A stretch of DNA of 41,779 nucleotides, from positions 1-41,779 of IMG/VR virus record IMGVR_UViG_3300022217_000261, one strand, 5' to 3'. The notes beneath the pieces were generated by a model, which was given only the letters and a program-made list of their open reading frames with translations, ran no database searches and was not told the origin of the DNA. The position numbers and the translations under genes are program-made. Positions 1-9,360 of the stretch are shown in pieces. Source of the DNA: a virus. Its lineage: Duplodnaviria > Caudoviricetes. Every line of letters begins with the position of its first letter. Within the stretch, counting starts at the first letter, position 1.

Positions 1-75
1 AAAGATAAAGAAAAACAAGATTTCATCAAAGGATGGAATAAATTCTATAAAAAATTGGAGTGGAATAATATTTAA
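1..75 (+). CDS. 3' end of a gene truncated by the window edge (...KDKEKQDFIKGWNKFYKKLEWNNI*)
   Basis: Frame 1 is open from base 1 to TAA 73-75, followed directly by the ATG of the next ORF. Confidence 0.5.
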   Translation, partial: KDKEKQDFIKGWNKFYKKLEWNNI

Positions 76-228
76 ATGAAACAATTTTTAGAAATTTCGG
101 TAGTAACTTTAATTTTAGGATTTTGTTATTTAGGATCATTACCCTTAATTATGATCGATGTACTTGGTAAAAGTTATTTGAAAATCAAAGAAAAAATGAA
201 ACGTCTTACCTTTTTTAAATCTTATTAA
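76..228 (+). CDS. small putative membrane protein, 50 aa
   Basis: MKQFLEISVVTLILGFCYLGSLPLIMIDVLGK...; hydrophobic N-half, basic tail; abuts upstream stop; below the ORF-track cutoff. Confidence 0.5.
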   Translation: MKQFLEISVVTLILGFCYLGSLPLIMIDVLGKSYLKIKEKMKRLTFFKSY

Positions 229-398
229 AAAATATTCTTACCATTTAAATTTTATTATTTACTTGACATTAGATATATGATATACAACAACATTAACTCC
301 CATAGTACTTATAATAAGTATCATTTATATGAAGCTATTAAATATACTATTGTAGAATTTATTATACCTTGTTTAAAGGGGGCAGATATTATAGATTC

Positions 399-427
399 TT
401 GACTTTTCTGATAAAATAATATATAAT
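399..427 (+). promoter_or_regulatory. sigma70-type promoter
   Basis: TTGACT(399-404)-17 bp-TATAAT(422-427). Confidence 0.8.
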
Positions 428-448
428 TATAACATAATAAGAAATTTG

Positions 449-490
449 AAAAAGCTAGATTGTAAATATTTACAATCTAGCTTTTTTATT
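449..490 (+). terminator. perfect 38-bp palindrome followed by T-tract (terminator/attenuator-like)
   Basis: AAAAAGCTAGATTGTAAAT|ATTTACAATCTAGCTTTTT at 449-486, then T-rich sequence. Confidence 0.65.
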
Positions 491-512
491 TTTTAAATAT
501 TAAGGAGAATGT

Positions 513-1037
513 ATGACATTATCAGACTATCAAAAATTAATTAAAGCTACTGCTTTGTACCCAAATGTAGGTAACAATATTATTTATCCTTCGTTGGGAT
601 TATGTGGAGAATGTGGGGAATTATTTGAAAAAATATTAATGACACCATATCAAGTGATTGAAATTCTTAAAGAACTTGGAGATATTATGTGGTATTGTGG
701 AAGATTATCTTCTGAAATAAATTGTAATTTAACAGAATTATATAATAAAAGTTTAGATTTTATTTTACATAATAATTTAAAATTTGAAGAAGAAATGATA
801 ATTAGAGCTGGTAATATTTCAGAAATTAGTAAAAAAGTTTTAAGAGACAAGAATGGTATAATAGATGAAAAGGATAAAGATAAATATTATCAAAATCTTA
901 TAGTAGTTTTATATTGTGTTGATGGATTATGTGAAGAATATGGGTCTACTATTGAAGAAATTGCTCAAATGAATATAGAAAAATTATTAGATCGTAAAAA
1001 TAGAGGAGTTCTTAAAGGATCAGGAGATGATAGATGA
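513..1037 (+). CDS. MazG-like nucleoside triphosphate pyrophosphohydrolase
   Basis: LGLCGECGE..KELGDIMWY motif and C-terminal NIEKLLDR..RGVLKGSGDDR typical of phage MazG-like proteins; AAGGAG RBS. Confidence 0.85.
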   Translation: MTLSDYQKLIKATALYPNVGNNIIYPSLGLCGECGELFEKILMTPYQVIEILKELGDIMWYCGRLSSEINCNLTELYNKSLDFILHNNLKFEEEMIIRAGNISEISKKVLRDKNGIIDEKDKDKYYQNLIVVLYCVDGLCEEYGSTIEEIAQMNIEKLLDRKNRGVLKGSGDDR

Positions 1038-1252
1038 AAGTATTAGTTTTTAATAGAGTAGTATTTTCATGTGATCATGATGATCATGAACATAAAGTAG
1101 CTTTTCTTTTAAATAATATAACTAGAATAACAGGTAGAAAAGATAAAGATACATGCTTTATCAATGATATAGAAGTAGATAAAAGCTTTGATGAAATAAT
1201 ACAAATGATTGAGTATTATGATAATGAGGATTATGATACTTTTGAAATATAA
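1034..1252 (+). CDS. hypothetical protein, 72 aa
   Basis: ATGA overlap with upstream gene; AGGAG RBS. Confidence 0.65.
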   Translation: MKVLVFNRVVFSCDHDDHEHKVAFLLNNITRITGRKDKDTCFINDIEVDKSFDEIIQMIEYYDNEDYDTFEI

Positions 1253-1263
1253 ATATTTATAAA

Positions 1264-3165
1264 ATGATTGGAGCAGTTCAATATATGAAAATGGATTTAT
1301 ATCAACAAGTTATACATAAATCAAGATATGCTAGATGGTTAGAAAGTGAAAGTAGGAGAGAGAATTGGGATGAAACTGTAGATAGATATATAAATTTTTT
1401 TAAAGAAAGAAATAATAATAATAATAGAGAAGACATTCCTTGGCAAGAATTAAGAAATGCTATATATAATATGGAAATAATGCCTTCTATGCGGGCATTA
1501 ATGACAGCAGGTAAAGCATTAGAAAGGGATAATGTAGCTGGATATAATTGTGCATATTCTGCTATAGATTCTACAAGGGTTTTTGATGAATGTATGTATA
1601 TATTAATGAATGGGGTAGGATTTGGGTTTTCTGTTGAAAGACAATATATAAATAAATTACCTGAAATTTCTGAAGAATTTTTTGAATCAGATACTATTAT
1701 TGTTGTGTCTGATTCAAAAATAGGGTGGGCCACATCTTTGAGAGAATTATTATCACTTCTATGGAATGGTAGAATACCAATATGGGATCTTTCAAAATTA
1801 AGACCAGCTGGTTCAAAATTAAAAACTTTTGGAGGAAGATCATCTGGACCAGGACCTCTAGATAGTTTATTTAAGTTTTTAGTACAGTTATTTAAAAATG
1901 CTAAGGGAAGAAAACTTACTTCAATTGAGTGTCATGATATAATATGTAAAATTTGTGAAGTAGTAGTAGTAGGAGGAGTTCGTAGATCTGCTTCTATTTC
2001 ATTATCAAATCTTTCTGATGATAGAATGAGAACTGCAAAACATGGTCAATGGTGGGTAGCACATCCCCAAAGATCTTTAGCCAATAATTCTGCAGTATAT
2101 TCAGATTTTCCAGAAATTGGTATATTTATGCAAGAGTGGATATCATTATATGATAGTAAAAGTGGTGAAAGAGGAATTGTAAATAGAAGATCGTTAAAAA
2201 AACAAACTGAAAGAACAGAAAGAAGAGATTGTTCATATGAATTTGGAGTAAATCCATGTGGAGAAATTATTCTTCGTTCAGCAGAATTTTGTAATTTAAC
2301 TGAAGTTGTAATTAAATATAATGATAGATTAGATGATCTTAAAAGAAAAGTAGAATTAGCTACTATTTTAGGTACTATACAGGCAACATTAACTGATTTT
2401 AGATATTTAAGAAAAGTATGGAGGGTTAATACTGAAGAAGAAGCATTATTAGGAGTTTCTTTAACTGGAATCATGGATAATAAATTAACATCTAATGCTA
2501 ATGGTGAAGAATTATTAATATTAAAAAATATTGCATATGAAACAAATAAAAAATTCTCTAATTTATTAAACATAAATCAATCAGTTTCTATACAAACAGT
2601 AAAACCCTCAGGTACAGTGTCGCAGCTTGTAGATTCTTCATCGGGTATTCATCCTAGATTTGCTCCTTATTATATTAGAAGAATTAGAATGGATAAAGCA
2701 GATCCTTTATCTAAAATTATGATAGAATCTAAAATATTATATGAAGAAGATGAAATCAATACTTCAGCTTATGTTTTTTCTTTTCCCAGAAAAAGTCCTA
2801 AAAATTCTATTTTTATAAAGGATTTAAATGCTATAGAACAATTAAATCACTGGTTAATTTATAAAAATAATTGGTGTGAACATAACCCTTCAGTTACGAT
2901 ATATGTTAGAGAATATGAATGGATGGAAGTGGGAGCTTGGGTATATAAAAATTTTGATGAAATAGGCGGTTTATCATTTTTACCATATACAGACCATATA
3001 TATAGACAAGCTCCTTATGAAGAAATTTCTAAAGTAGAGTTTGAAAAATTAGAAAAGGAAATGCCAAAATCTATTAAATGGCATTTATTAGATGAATTAG
3101 AAAAGGAAGATAATACAACAGCTACTCACGAATTCGCTTGTGCAGGTGGCTCTTGTGAAATATAG
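1264..3165 (+). CDS. nrdJ: class II (adenosylcobalamin-dependent) monomeric ribonucleoside-triphosphate reductase; start may be 1285 or 1291
   Basis: SRYARW, MPSMRALM, YNCAY, NPCGEI, CNLTEV, KPSGTVSQL, C-terminal CAGGSCEI; no small subunit gene nearby. Confidence 0.9.
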   Translation: MIGAVQYMKMDLYQQVIHKSRYARWLESESRRENWDETVDRYINFFKERNNNNNREDIPWQELRNAIYNMEIMPSMRALMTAGKALERDNVAGYNCAYSAIDSTRVFDECMYILMNGVGFGFSVERQYINKLPEISEEFFESDTIIVVSDSKIGWATSLRELLSLLWNGRIPIWDLSKLRPAGSKLKTFGGRSSGPGPLDSLFKFLVQLFKNAKGRKLTSIECHDIICKICEVVVVGGVRRSASISLSNLSDDRMRTAKHGQWWVAHPQRSLANNSAVYSDFPEIGIFMQEWISLYDSKSGERGIVNRRSLKKQTERTERRDCSYEFGVNPCGEIILRSAEFCNLTEVVIKYNDRLDDLKRKVELATILGTIQATLTDFRYLRKVWRVNTEEEALLGVSLTGIMDNKLTSNANGEELLILKNIAYETNKKFSNLLNINQSVSIQTVKPSGTVSQLVDSSSGIHPRFAPYYIRRIRMDKADPLSKIMIESKILYEEDEINTSAYVFSFPRKSPKNSIFIKDLNAIEQLNHWLIYKNNWCEHNPSVTIYVREYEWMEVGAWVYKNFDEIGGLSFLPYTDHIYRQAPYEEISKVEFEKLEKEMPKSIKWHLLDELEKEDNTTATHEFACAGGSCEI

Positions 3166-3173
3166 GAGGAAAT

Positions 3174-3569
3174 ATGGCTAAAAATAGAATAGCTAAAACT
3201 TATGAATTTGATGATGAATATGAACAACAATTATGGTATAAATGTTTAGATTCTAAATGTCCTTGCGATGAATGTTCACATGAAATATCATTAACTTATA
3301 TTAAAAATTCTAATATTATAGAATTTGAAATGTTTAAAAAATTCTATTATGAAGAATATTATTCTAGATATAATTGGTTTGAAAGAAAATGGATAAGATT
3401 AAAAGATGGATTAAAAATTATATTTGGAGGATTTATAAACCTTACAAGCGAATTTACATTTGAAGGTGAAGAGCAAATAAATGATTATTTAGAAGCTATA
3501 GAAGGAGGTCTAAAAATAATTAGGGAGAAAAAAGAAAATGCCAATAGAAAAGAAAAAGAAAAAAATTAA
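3174..3569 (+). CDS. hypothetical protein, 131 aa
   Basis: AGGAG RBS; CxCxxCxH cluster. Confidence 0.7.
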   Translation: MAKNRIAKTYEFDDEYEQQLWYKCLDSKCPCDECSHEISLTYIKNSNIIEFEMFKKFYYEEYYSRYNWFERKWIRLKDGLKIIFGGFINLTSEFTFEGEEQINDYLEAIEGGLKIIREKKENANRKEKEKN

Positions 3570-3849
3570 AAAAATAGATATAACTGGAGTGGTGGAAGGT
3601 GGATGCATATCACCATTTATTGATTGTGCACATATTAAAAGAGAAACGGTGTTAGTTAGAGATACTTATTTACCAGCTATTTTAGTTAAATCTGAATTAT
3701 GTCATTCTAATTCTGAGGCTAGAAGAATAATTAGAACACAAGGTATTATAATAAATGATCAAAAAATTACAGATTGTGATTATAAAAATAATTTAGATGA
3801 ATTTAATATAGATCATAATGATAGATTTTTAAAAATAGTTAAGGCTTAA
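3538..3849 (+). CDS. stand-alone S4-like RNA-binding domain protein (resembles TyrRS C-terminal domain)
   Basis: LPAILVKSELCHSNSEARRIIRTQGIIINDQKITD fits the S4 pattern SxSEARRxIxxGxxxINxxKI. Confidence 0.65.
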   Translation: MPIEKKKKKIKKIDITGVVEGGCISPFIDCAHIKRETVLVRDTYLPAILVKSELCHSNSEARRIIRTQGIIINDQKITDCDYKNNLDEFNIDHNDRFLKIVKA

Positions 3850-3852
3850 ATC

Positions 3853-3881
3853 TTGACTTTTGAATCTAAATTTTATATAAT
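3853..3881 (+). promoter_or_regulatory. sigma70-type promoter for queD-queE-folE
   Basis: TTGACT-17 bp-TATAAT. Confidence 0.8.
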
Positions 3882-3911
3882 ACAATTTTTTAAAATTAAA
3901 GGAGACTATAA

Positions 3912-4349
3912 ATGTACCAAATCAGAAAAGAATTTAAATTTGAATATGCTCATCAATTGACAAGTTCATTTTCTAAACCGTGTCAAACTTTACATGGGCA
4001 TAGTGCGGTCATAGAAGTATTTTTTAGATCCACTGAGTTATTAGAAGATTCTATGGTTGTCGATTTTGGAAAAATTAAATCTTTTATTAAGGAAGATATT
4101 ATTGATAACTTTGATCATTCTTTAATTCTCCATAATATTATGGATGAAGAATATATAGAAATGTTAAAAAAATATAATAGTAATGTTATAATGGTTCCTT
4201 ATAATCCTACCGCAGAAGAAATGGCTAAAGATATTTGCCAGCAAGTTCGAGCAAAGTTAGATTTATATTGGGATAAGTCAAGTAAAGTAGATATTTCAGT
4301 TAAATTTCACGAAACAGCTACTGGATGGGCTGAATACTCGGAGGCATAA
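3912..4349 (+). CDS. queD: 6-carboxy-5,6,7,8-tetrahydropterin synthase
   Basis: FEYAH, CQTLHGH, VVDFG, FDH, NPTAE, HET motifs. Confidence 0.93.
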   Translation: MYQIRKEFKFEYAHQLTSSFSKPCQTLHGHSAVIEVFFRSTELLEDSMVVDFGKIKSFIKEDIIDNFDHSLILHNIMDEEYIEMLKKYNSNVIMVPYNPTAEEMAKDICQQVRAKLDLYWDKSSKVDISVKFHETATGWAEYSEA

Positions 4350-5075
4350 ATGAAAATAACTTTAGCTGAGATTCCATTTGGGTCAATTCAAGGGGAAGGG
4401 AATACGACAGGTAAAATTTCTACTTTCATAAGATTTTCCAAGTGTAATTTTCGCTGTACTTGGTGTGACTCTAAACATACATGGAACGAAAATAAAGATA
4501 CAATTGTATATAGTGACGAGAATCATCTTATAGAAGATAATAAAAAATTATTAGGTCAAAATAATAATATAGTATTTACTGGAGGCGAGCCATTATTATT
4601 TCAAGAGCAGATTGTAGATATTAGTAATAAATTAGAGCAATTAGCAATAATACCATTTAAAACTACTTATGAAATTGAAACTAACTTAGCTATATCTATT
4701 GAATCTTTACCTTTTATAAAATGGTGTAGATATAAAGAAAACTCTATACAATTTAATATATCTCCTAAATTACAATTTGATTATTCTAAAGTAGTAGATA
4801 ATATTAAGTTATTGAATAAGTTTAATATTCCATTTATTTTAAAGTTTGTAGATGAAGGTTCAACTGAAACTAGGGAAGAAATTTTAAAATTTATAACTGA
4901 AATAAATTTTTCAAGAGAAATAAATAATGGTAAGATTTTCATAATGCCTGAATGTGTAACACGGGAAGAGCATATAAATAGATTTGAAAGAACAATTGAA
5001 TTTTGTAAAGAATATGGATTCAACTTCACAGCTAGAACTCATATTTTACTATGGGATAAGAAAAGGAGAGTATAA
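4350..5075 (+). CDS. queE: 7-carboxy-7-deazaguanine synthase (radical SAM)
   Basis: SIQGEG, CNFRCTWCD, FTGGEP, IETN, ISPK. Confidence 0.93.
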   Translation: MKITLAEIPFGSIQGEGNTTGKISTFIRFSKCNFRCTWCDSKHTWNENKDTIVYSDENHLIEDNKKLLGQNNNIVFTGGEPLLFQEQIVDISNKLEQLAIIPFKTTYEIETNLAISIESLPFIKWCRYKENSIQFNISPKLQFDYSKVVDNIKLLNKFNIPFILKFVDEGSTETREEILKFITEINFSREINNGKIFIMPECVTREEHINRFERTIEFCKEYGFNFTARTHILLWDKKRRV

Positions 5076-5080
5076 AGAAT

Positions 5081-5701
5081 ATGAAAATTGCCCCTAATTC
5101 TAATATGGTCTTATCTAAAGAAGATAAGAAATTAATAATAAATCAATTAGCTAAAAAGTATGAAGAAATTTTAGATATTATGAAATTTGATAGGTCAAAT
5201 CATAATATTGAAGATACCCCACATCGAATGGCTAAAATGTATATTAATGAAATTTTTAAAGGTTGTTATACTGAAGAGCCTAAAGTTACTGTATTTCCAG
5301 ATGTAAGTAAGGTAGACCAAATGATAACACTTGGTCCTATTGATTTAAAATCTACTTGTAGTCACCATTGGCAGAATTTTGTAGGAGAAGCATATGTATC
5401 ATATATTCCTAATGGAAAGGTATGTGGTGTAAGTAAATTAGCTAGGATAGTTGATTGGTATGCTAGACGTCCACAAATTCAAGAAGAGTTAACACAACAA
5501 ATTGCTGAACATATAGAGAGAAAATTAGAACCATTAGGTCTTGGCATTTTTATTACAGCTAAACACTTTTGTATGTCAGTTCGAGGAGTAGAACAATTTA
5601 ATTCTACGATGGATACTTGTGCTTTAAGAGGTAACTTTAAGGAATCTGCAACTAAAAATGAATTTCTTCAATTTGTTCAAATGAAAAGAAATAAATCTTG
5701 A
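5081..5701 (+). CDS. folE: GTP cyclohydrolase I
   Basis: TPHRMAK, STCSHH, GVSKLAR, RRPQIQE, HFCMSVRG. Confidence 0.95.
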   Translation: MKIAPNSNMVLSKEDKKLIINQLAKKYEEILDIMKFDRSNHNIEDTPHRMAKMYINEIFKGCYTEEPKVTVFPDVSKVDQMITLGPIDLKSTCSHHWQNFVGEAYVSYIPNGKVCGVSKLARIVDWYARRPQIQEELTQQIAEHIERKLEPLGLGIFITAKHFCMSVRGVEQFNSTMDTCALRGNFKESATKNEFLQFVQMKRNKS

Positions 5702-5726
5702 CTTTATAATCCTATTATTATATAAT
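5698..5726 (+). promoter_or_regulatory. sigma70-type promoter internal to the modification cluster
   Basis: TTGACT (overlapping folE stop)-17 bp-TATAAT. Confidence 0.8.
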
Positions 5727-5764
5727 ATATTTATAAATTAAATAATTAAAAAGGAGATTGTAAA

Positions 5765-6154
5765 ATGGCTAAAGCAAAAGAAGATAAATCACTAAGCGTT
5801 ATAGTTAATGGATTTGAGCAAGGGTGTGATAATCCAAATTCTGCATTTGCATATACTTTAAGTCTTTTTTCCGATCAGGTTCATTATATGTCAGATGATG
5901 CTATTAAAAAAATTATTTGCGAAATATGGGATATGATATATGATACTGAGGAAGAAGGTGGGCTTGGTATCAGAGTATATCATGGTAATAAAGATTTTAA
6001 ATATTACATCAATAAAGATTATTTAGTTGGAGATAAATTGAAAGCTACTTTTTATGAATTAATTCTTAAGAAAGAAGGTATGGCGGTTGGTAAAGAAGTA
6101 TATGTTAATAGACATGGTGATCCTGTAACAACTAAACCTAAAGTGGCTAGATGA
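5765..6154 (+). CDS. hypothetical protein, 129 aa
   Basis: AAAGGAG RBS; first gene after the promoter; no motif recognised. Confidence 0.75.
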   Translation: MAKAKEDKSLSVIVNGFEQGCDNPNSAFAYTLSLFSDQVHYMSDDAIKKIICEIWDMIYDTEEEGGLGIRVYHGNKDFKYYINKDYLVGDKLKATFYELILKKEGMAVGKEVYVNRHGDPVTTKPKVAR

Positions 6155-6576
6155 TAAAAAAACATATTATTGGGGTAGATATGGATGGTATTATATGTCC
6201 AGATCTACCCCATTGGTTAGAAAAAATATTAAATATATTTCCATGGAGCTATAGATTAGCTTTTTTTTGTTTACCTTTGATTATAGATAAATCCCTATTA
6301 CATAATATGATTATAGTTACTGGAAGATCGTATCAAGAATCTTCCTTTACTGAAATATGGTTGAAAATGAAGAAGATAAATAACCCTATATATTTCTCTT
6401 CTACAAATAGATTAAAAGAACCATGTACTGATATCACTTCTTCTTTACATAAAGTAAATATTATTCAAAAATTAAACATAACTAAATTTTATGAAAGTTC
6501 TGAAACACAAACACACATAATAGATAAATCTTTAAAAAAAATAAAGTATAATTGTGAGATAGTTCATTATGAATGA
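6151..6576 (+). CDS. HAD-superfamily phosphatase (small, probably capless)
   Basis: motif I IGVDMDG, motif II IVTGR, motif III Lys (HKVNII); motif IV degenerate (YESS). Confidence 0.7.
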   Translation: MIKKHIIGVDMDGIICPDLPHWLEKILNIFPWSYRLAFFCLPLIIDKSLLHNMIIVTGRSYQESSFTEIWLKMKKINNPIYFSSTNRLKEPCTDITSSLHKVNIIQKLNITKFYESSETQTHIIDKSLKKIKYNCEIVHYE

Positions 6577-7219
6577 ATATTTGGCTAAATTAATAGAAGT
6601 AGAGACGAATTTAGAAATCAAAAGGCAATTGAAATTAGTAATAGAAGAAAAAGATAGTGGAGAAAGAATTGGAGATGAAACGCCTAATGCTATAAAAAAG
6701 TTATGTCAAGATGGGTATGAATTCTTTAAAGGATTAGAAAAGCCTGTAGTTGATATAGCATGTGGAAATGGTTTTGGAATAGATATATTAGATGCTGATT
6801 ATGGTATAGATATTCATATAAATCATCCTAAAGCCATATATGGAGATTTATTTGATAAAATCTCAGATGTAGAAAAAGGTATAGAGTCAGGTATATTTTT
6901 TCAAGCTATAGAGCATTTTACTGAGGAAGAACAAAAGAAAATTTTAAAAGTCATAACTAGAGATTGTAAATGGTTAGCTATATCTACTAATAATAAAGAT
7001 GCTGATCCTTTTATAGATGGATGTTTTTTATTATCAGGAAAATATAACCCATACCATAAACATGAATTTGATGCTGAAAAGTTTGAAAAATTATCGGAAT
7101 ATTTTGATTCGTATATTTTCTATAATCAATTTTTTAAAGATGGTGAAAGTACTTTCACACAGGACGAATACCCACATCATGAAGCTATAAATTTTTATAT
7201 ATTTGGTAGATGTAAATAA
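6569..7219 (+). CDS. class I SAM-dependent methyltransferase
   Basis: VVDIACGNGFG, YGID, FQAIEH, ISTNN, NPYHKHEF. Confidence 0.8.
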   Translation: MNEYLAKLIEVETNLEIKRQLKLVIEEKDSGERIGDETPNAIKKLCQDGYEFFKGLEKPVVDIACGNGFGIDILDADYGIDIHINHPKAIYGDLFDKISDVEKGIESGIFFQAIEHFTEEEQKKILKVITRDCKWLAISTNNKDADPFIDGCFLLSGKYNPYHKHEFDAEKFEKLSEYFDSYIFYNQFFKDGESTFTQDEYPHHEAINFYIFGRCK

Positions 7220-7234
7220 GGGAGGAAAAATTAA

Positions 7235-8098
7235 ATGTCAGAATTATTAAAAAGATCTATAGAATTAACTCAGAAGGTATATGATTCACCGGATAATCCA
7301 TATAAAATAGAAAATCAGTTAGAACAAGATTTATTTCAAATATATTATCATCCAGATGCTCATGTTTTTCCACCTAATAATTCTTATCAAATTATGTTAC
7401 CATATTCTGGTGGGGTAGATAGTTATATTGGTTACTATTTTGCAAAAGTTAGATTTAAAAATGTTATACCATTATTTGTAAATTATGGACAACCTTATGC
7501 TAAAGAAGAAATAGAGTCAGTAAAAAATACTCCTTTCTTTGATGATATAGAATCTATAGATTTAACTCGACAATTACAATTTAATAGACAAGATATATGG
7601 GGAGAGCATTTTCCATCTAGGAATTGGCTATTTTGTGTATTAGCTGCTGAAAGAATAGATAATATGGGTTCTATTTGGTTATGTGCTCATGATGGAGAAA
7701 TTACTACTACATGGGGAGATAAGAGTCTATATTTTATTGAGAAAGGTTCGGATATTTTATCTACTTATTTCAATAAACTTATTAGAATAGAATTTCCATT
7801 TTTAAATAGAACTAAAGGAGAAATGATCAAGTGGTATTTAAATGAAGGATTATCTAAACAAGATATGTTGGATAGAGTTACTTGCCATAATTTTATTAAT
7901 GGACAAGCGTGTGGAGAATGTTTAGGGTGTTGTCCTAGATATGTATCTATGAAAATTAATGGAATAGATGAAGAATATATAGGAAACGTTCATGAAAATG
8001 CTAAAAAATATTTTAGAGATAGTCTACAAGGTCCTTTAAATATATATTCTAGACAACGTCTATTAGAGGCTGAAGAAATATTAGGAAACTTTTTTTAA
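7235..8098 (+). CDS. queC: QueC-family PP-loop ATPase (divergent 7-cyano-7-deazaguanine synthase-like)
   Basis: YSGGVDS, NYGQ, FPSRN, PFLNRTK, TCH...CGECLGC zinc site. Confidence 0.85.
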   Translation: MSELLKRSIELTQKVYDSPDNPYKIENQLEQDLFQIYYHPDAHVFPPNNSYQIMLPYSGGVDSYIGYYFAKVRFKNVIPLFVNYGQPYAKEEIESVKNTPFFDDIESIDLTRQLQFNRQDIWGEHFPSRNWLFCVLAAERIDNMGSIWLCAHDGEITTTWGDKSLYFIEKGSDILSTYFNKLIRIEFPFLNRTKGEMIKWYLNEGLSKQDMLDRVTCHNFINGQACGECLGCCPRYVSMKINGIDEEYIGNVHENAKKYFRDSLQGPLNIYSRQRLLEAEEILGNFF

Positions 8099-8133
8099 TT
8101 TATATTTAAATAGATACAAATAATGGAGTTAAG

Positions 8134-9357
8134 ATGTTTAAAAAAATTAAAGTAGCAATAATTGGTGTTGGTAATTGTGCAAAAAGTCTTATAGAAGGAG
8201 TATCATATTATAAAGATGATACATCAGATGATATTAATGGTATTATGTTAACAGATATAGGTGGATATCGATCAGGAGATATAGAATTTTGTGCAGCCTG
8301 GGATATAGATTATAGAAAAATAGGAATCCCTTTATACAAGGCTATAAATTCTAAACCTAATAATGCTAAAACTTTGAAAGAAGAAGTTGAAGATGTATGT
8401 GGATCAACTATAGTTCATCAAGGTCCTTTATTTGATGGGGTAGGACCTATGATGTTAAATGATATTGATGAGAATAATACTCATAGACCAGCAGATGATT
8501 CAAAGGCTATGACTACTATAGAAATAATAAAAGAATTAAAAGATAAAGAAATTGATATTATTTTAAATTATTTACCCGTAGGATCTCAAATAGCTACAGA
8601 ATATTGGATGAATATAGCATTAGAAGCTAAATGCCATGTTGTAAATTGTATTCCTATTTTTATAGCGTCTAATCCTAAATGGGAACAAAAATTTATAGAT
8701 TCTGAATTAACTATCATAGGAGATGATATGCGTTCTCAATTTGGAGCTAGTATTATATCAGCCGCTTTGCAAGAATTACTTTTTACTAGAGGACATGAAG
8801 TAATTATGCATTATCAAGATAATATAGGGGGGAATTGTGATTTTAAAAATATGCAAGATCCTGAAAGATTAGAATCAAAGAAAATTTCAAAAGAGAATGT
8901 AATTAAAAACCAGAATAATTTACATGAGAAAGAAATTTTACCTAATACAATTCATGCAGGCCCTGCTCAATATTTCTCTTGTTTAGGTGATAATAAAAGA
9001 GCACATTGGCTAATTAAAGCTGAAGGATTTTGTGGATCAAAGGTTGAATTTTTTGCTAATCTTAGTGTTGAAGATAGTCCTAATTCTGCTGGTGTTGTTA
9101 TTGATGCTATTAGATTATGTAAAGTAGCATCAGAATTAGGTATTGTAGGGGCTATTCATGGAGCTTCTGCCGCCACTCAAAAAACTCCCCCTATTGATAT
9201 GTCTATTAGCTTAGCTAAAGAAGAATGTATGTCACTTGCTAAACGTAAATTAACAGATTTTACTAAACATCAATTAAAAGAATTATCTCCATGTGCCAAA
9301 ACTTTAAATGAATCTTTTAAAGAATTGGTAATGGCAGCACATAAAAGAGCGATATAA
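8134..9357 (+). CDS. ino1: myo-inositol-1-phosphate synthase
   Basis: VAIIGVGNCA, NYLPVGS, IIGDDMRSQFGA, GGNCDF, RLESKKISK, DNK, EDSPNSAGVVIDAIR. Confidence 0.93.
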   Translation: MFKKIKVAIIGVGNCAKSLIEGVSYYKDDTSDDINGIMLTDIGGYRSGDIEFCAAWDIDYRKIGIPLYKAINSKPNNAKTLKEEVEDVCGSTIVHQGPLFDGVGPMMLNDIDENNTHRPADDSKAMTTIEIIKELKDKEIDIILNYLPVGSQIATEYWMNIALEAKCHVVNCIPIFIASNPKWEQKFIDSELTIIGDDMRSQFGASIISAALQELLFTRGHEVIMHYQDNIGGNCDFKNMQDPERLESKKISKENVIKNQNNLHEKEILPNTIHAGPAQYFSCLGDNKRAHWLIKAEGFCGSKVEFFANLSVEDSPNSAGVVIDAIRLCKVASELGIVGAIHGASAATQKTPPIDMSISLAKEECMSLAKRKLTDFTKHQLKELSPCAKTLNESFKELVMAAHKRAI

Positions 9358-9360
9358 TAT

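Noticed and set aside
277-402. 41-codon ORF MIYNNINSHS...
   Set aside because: No RBS or motif, and it overlaps promoter-like sequence.
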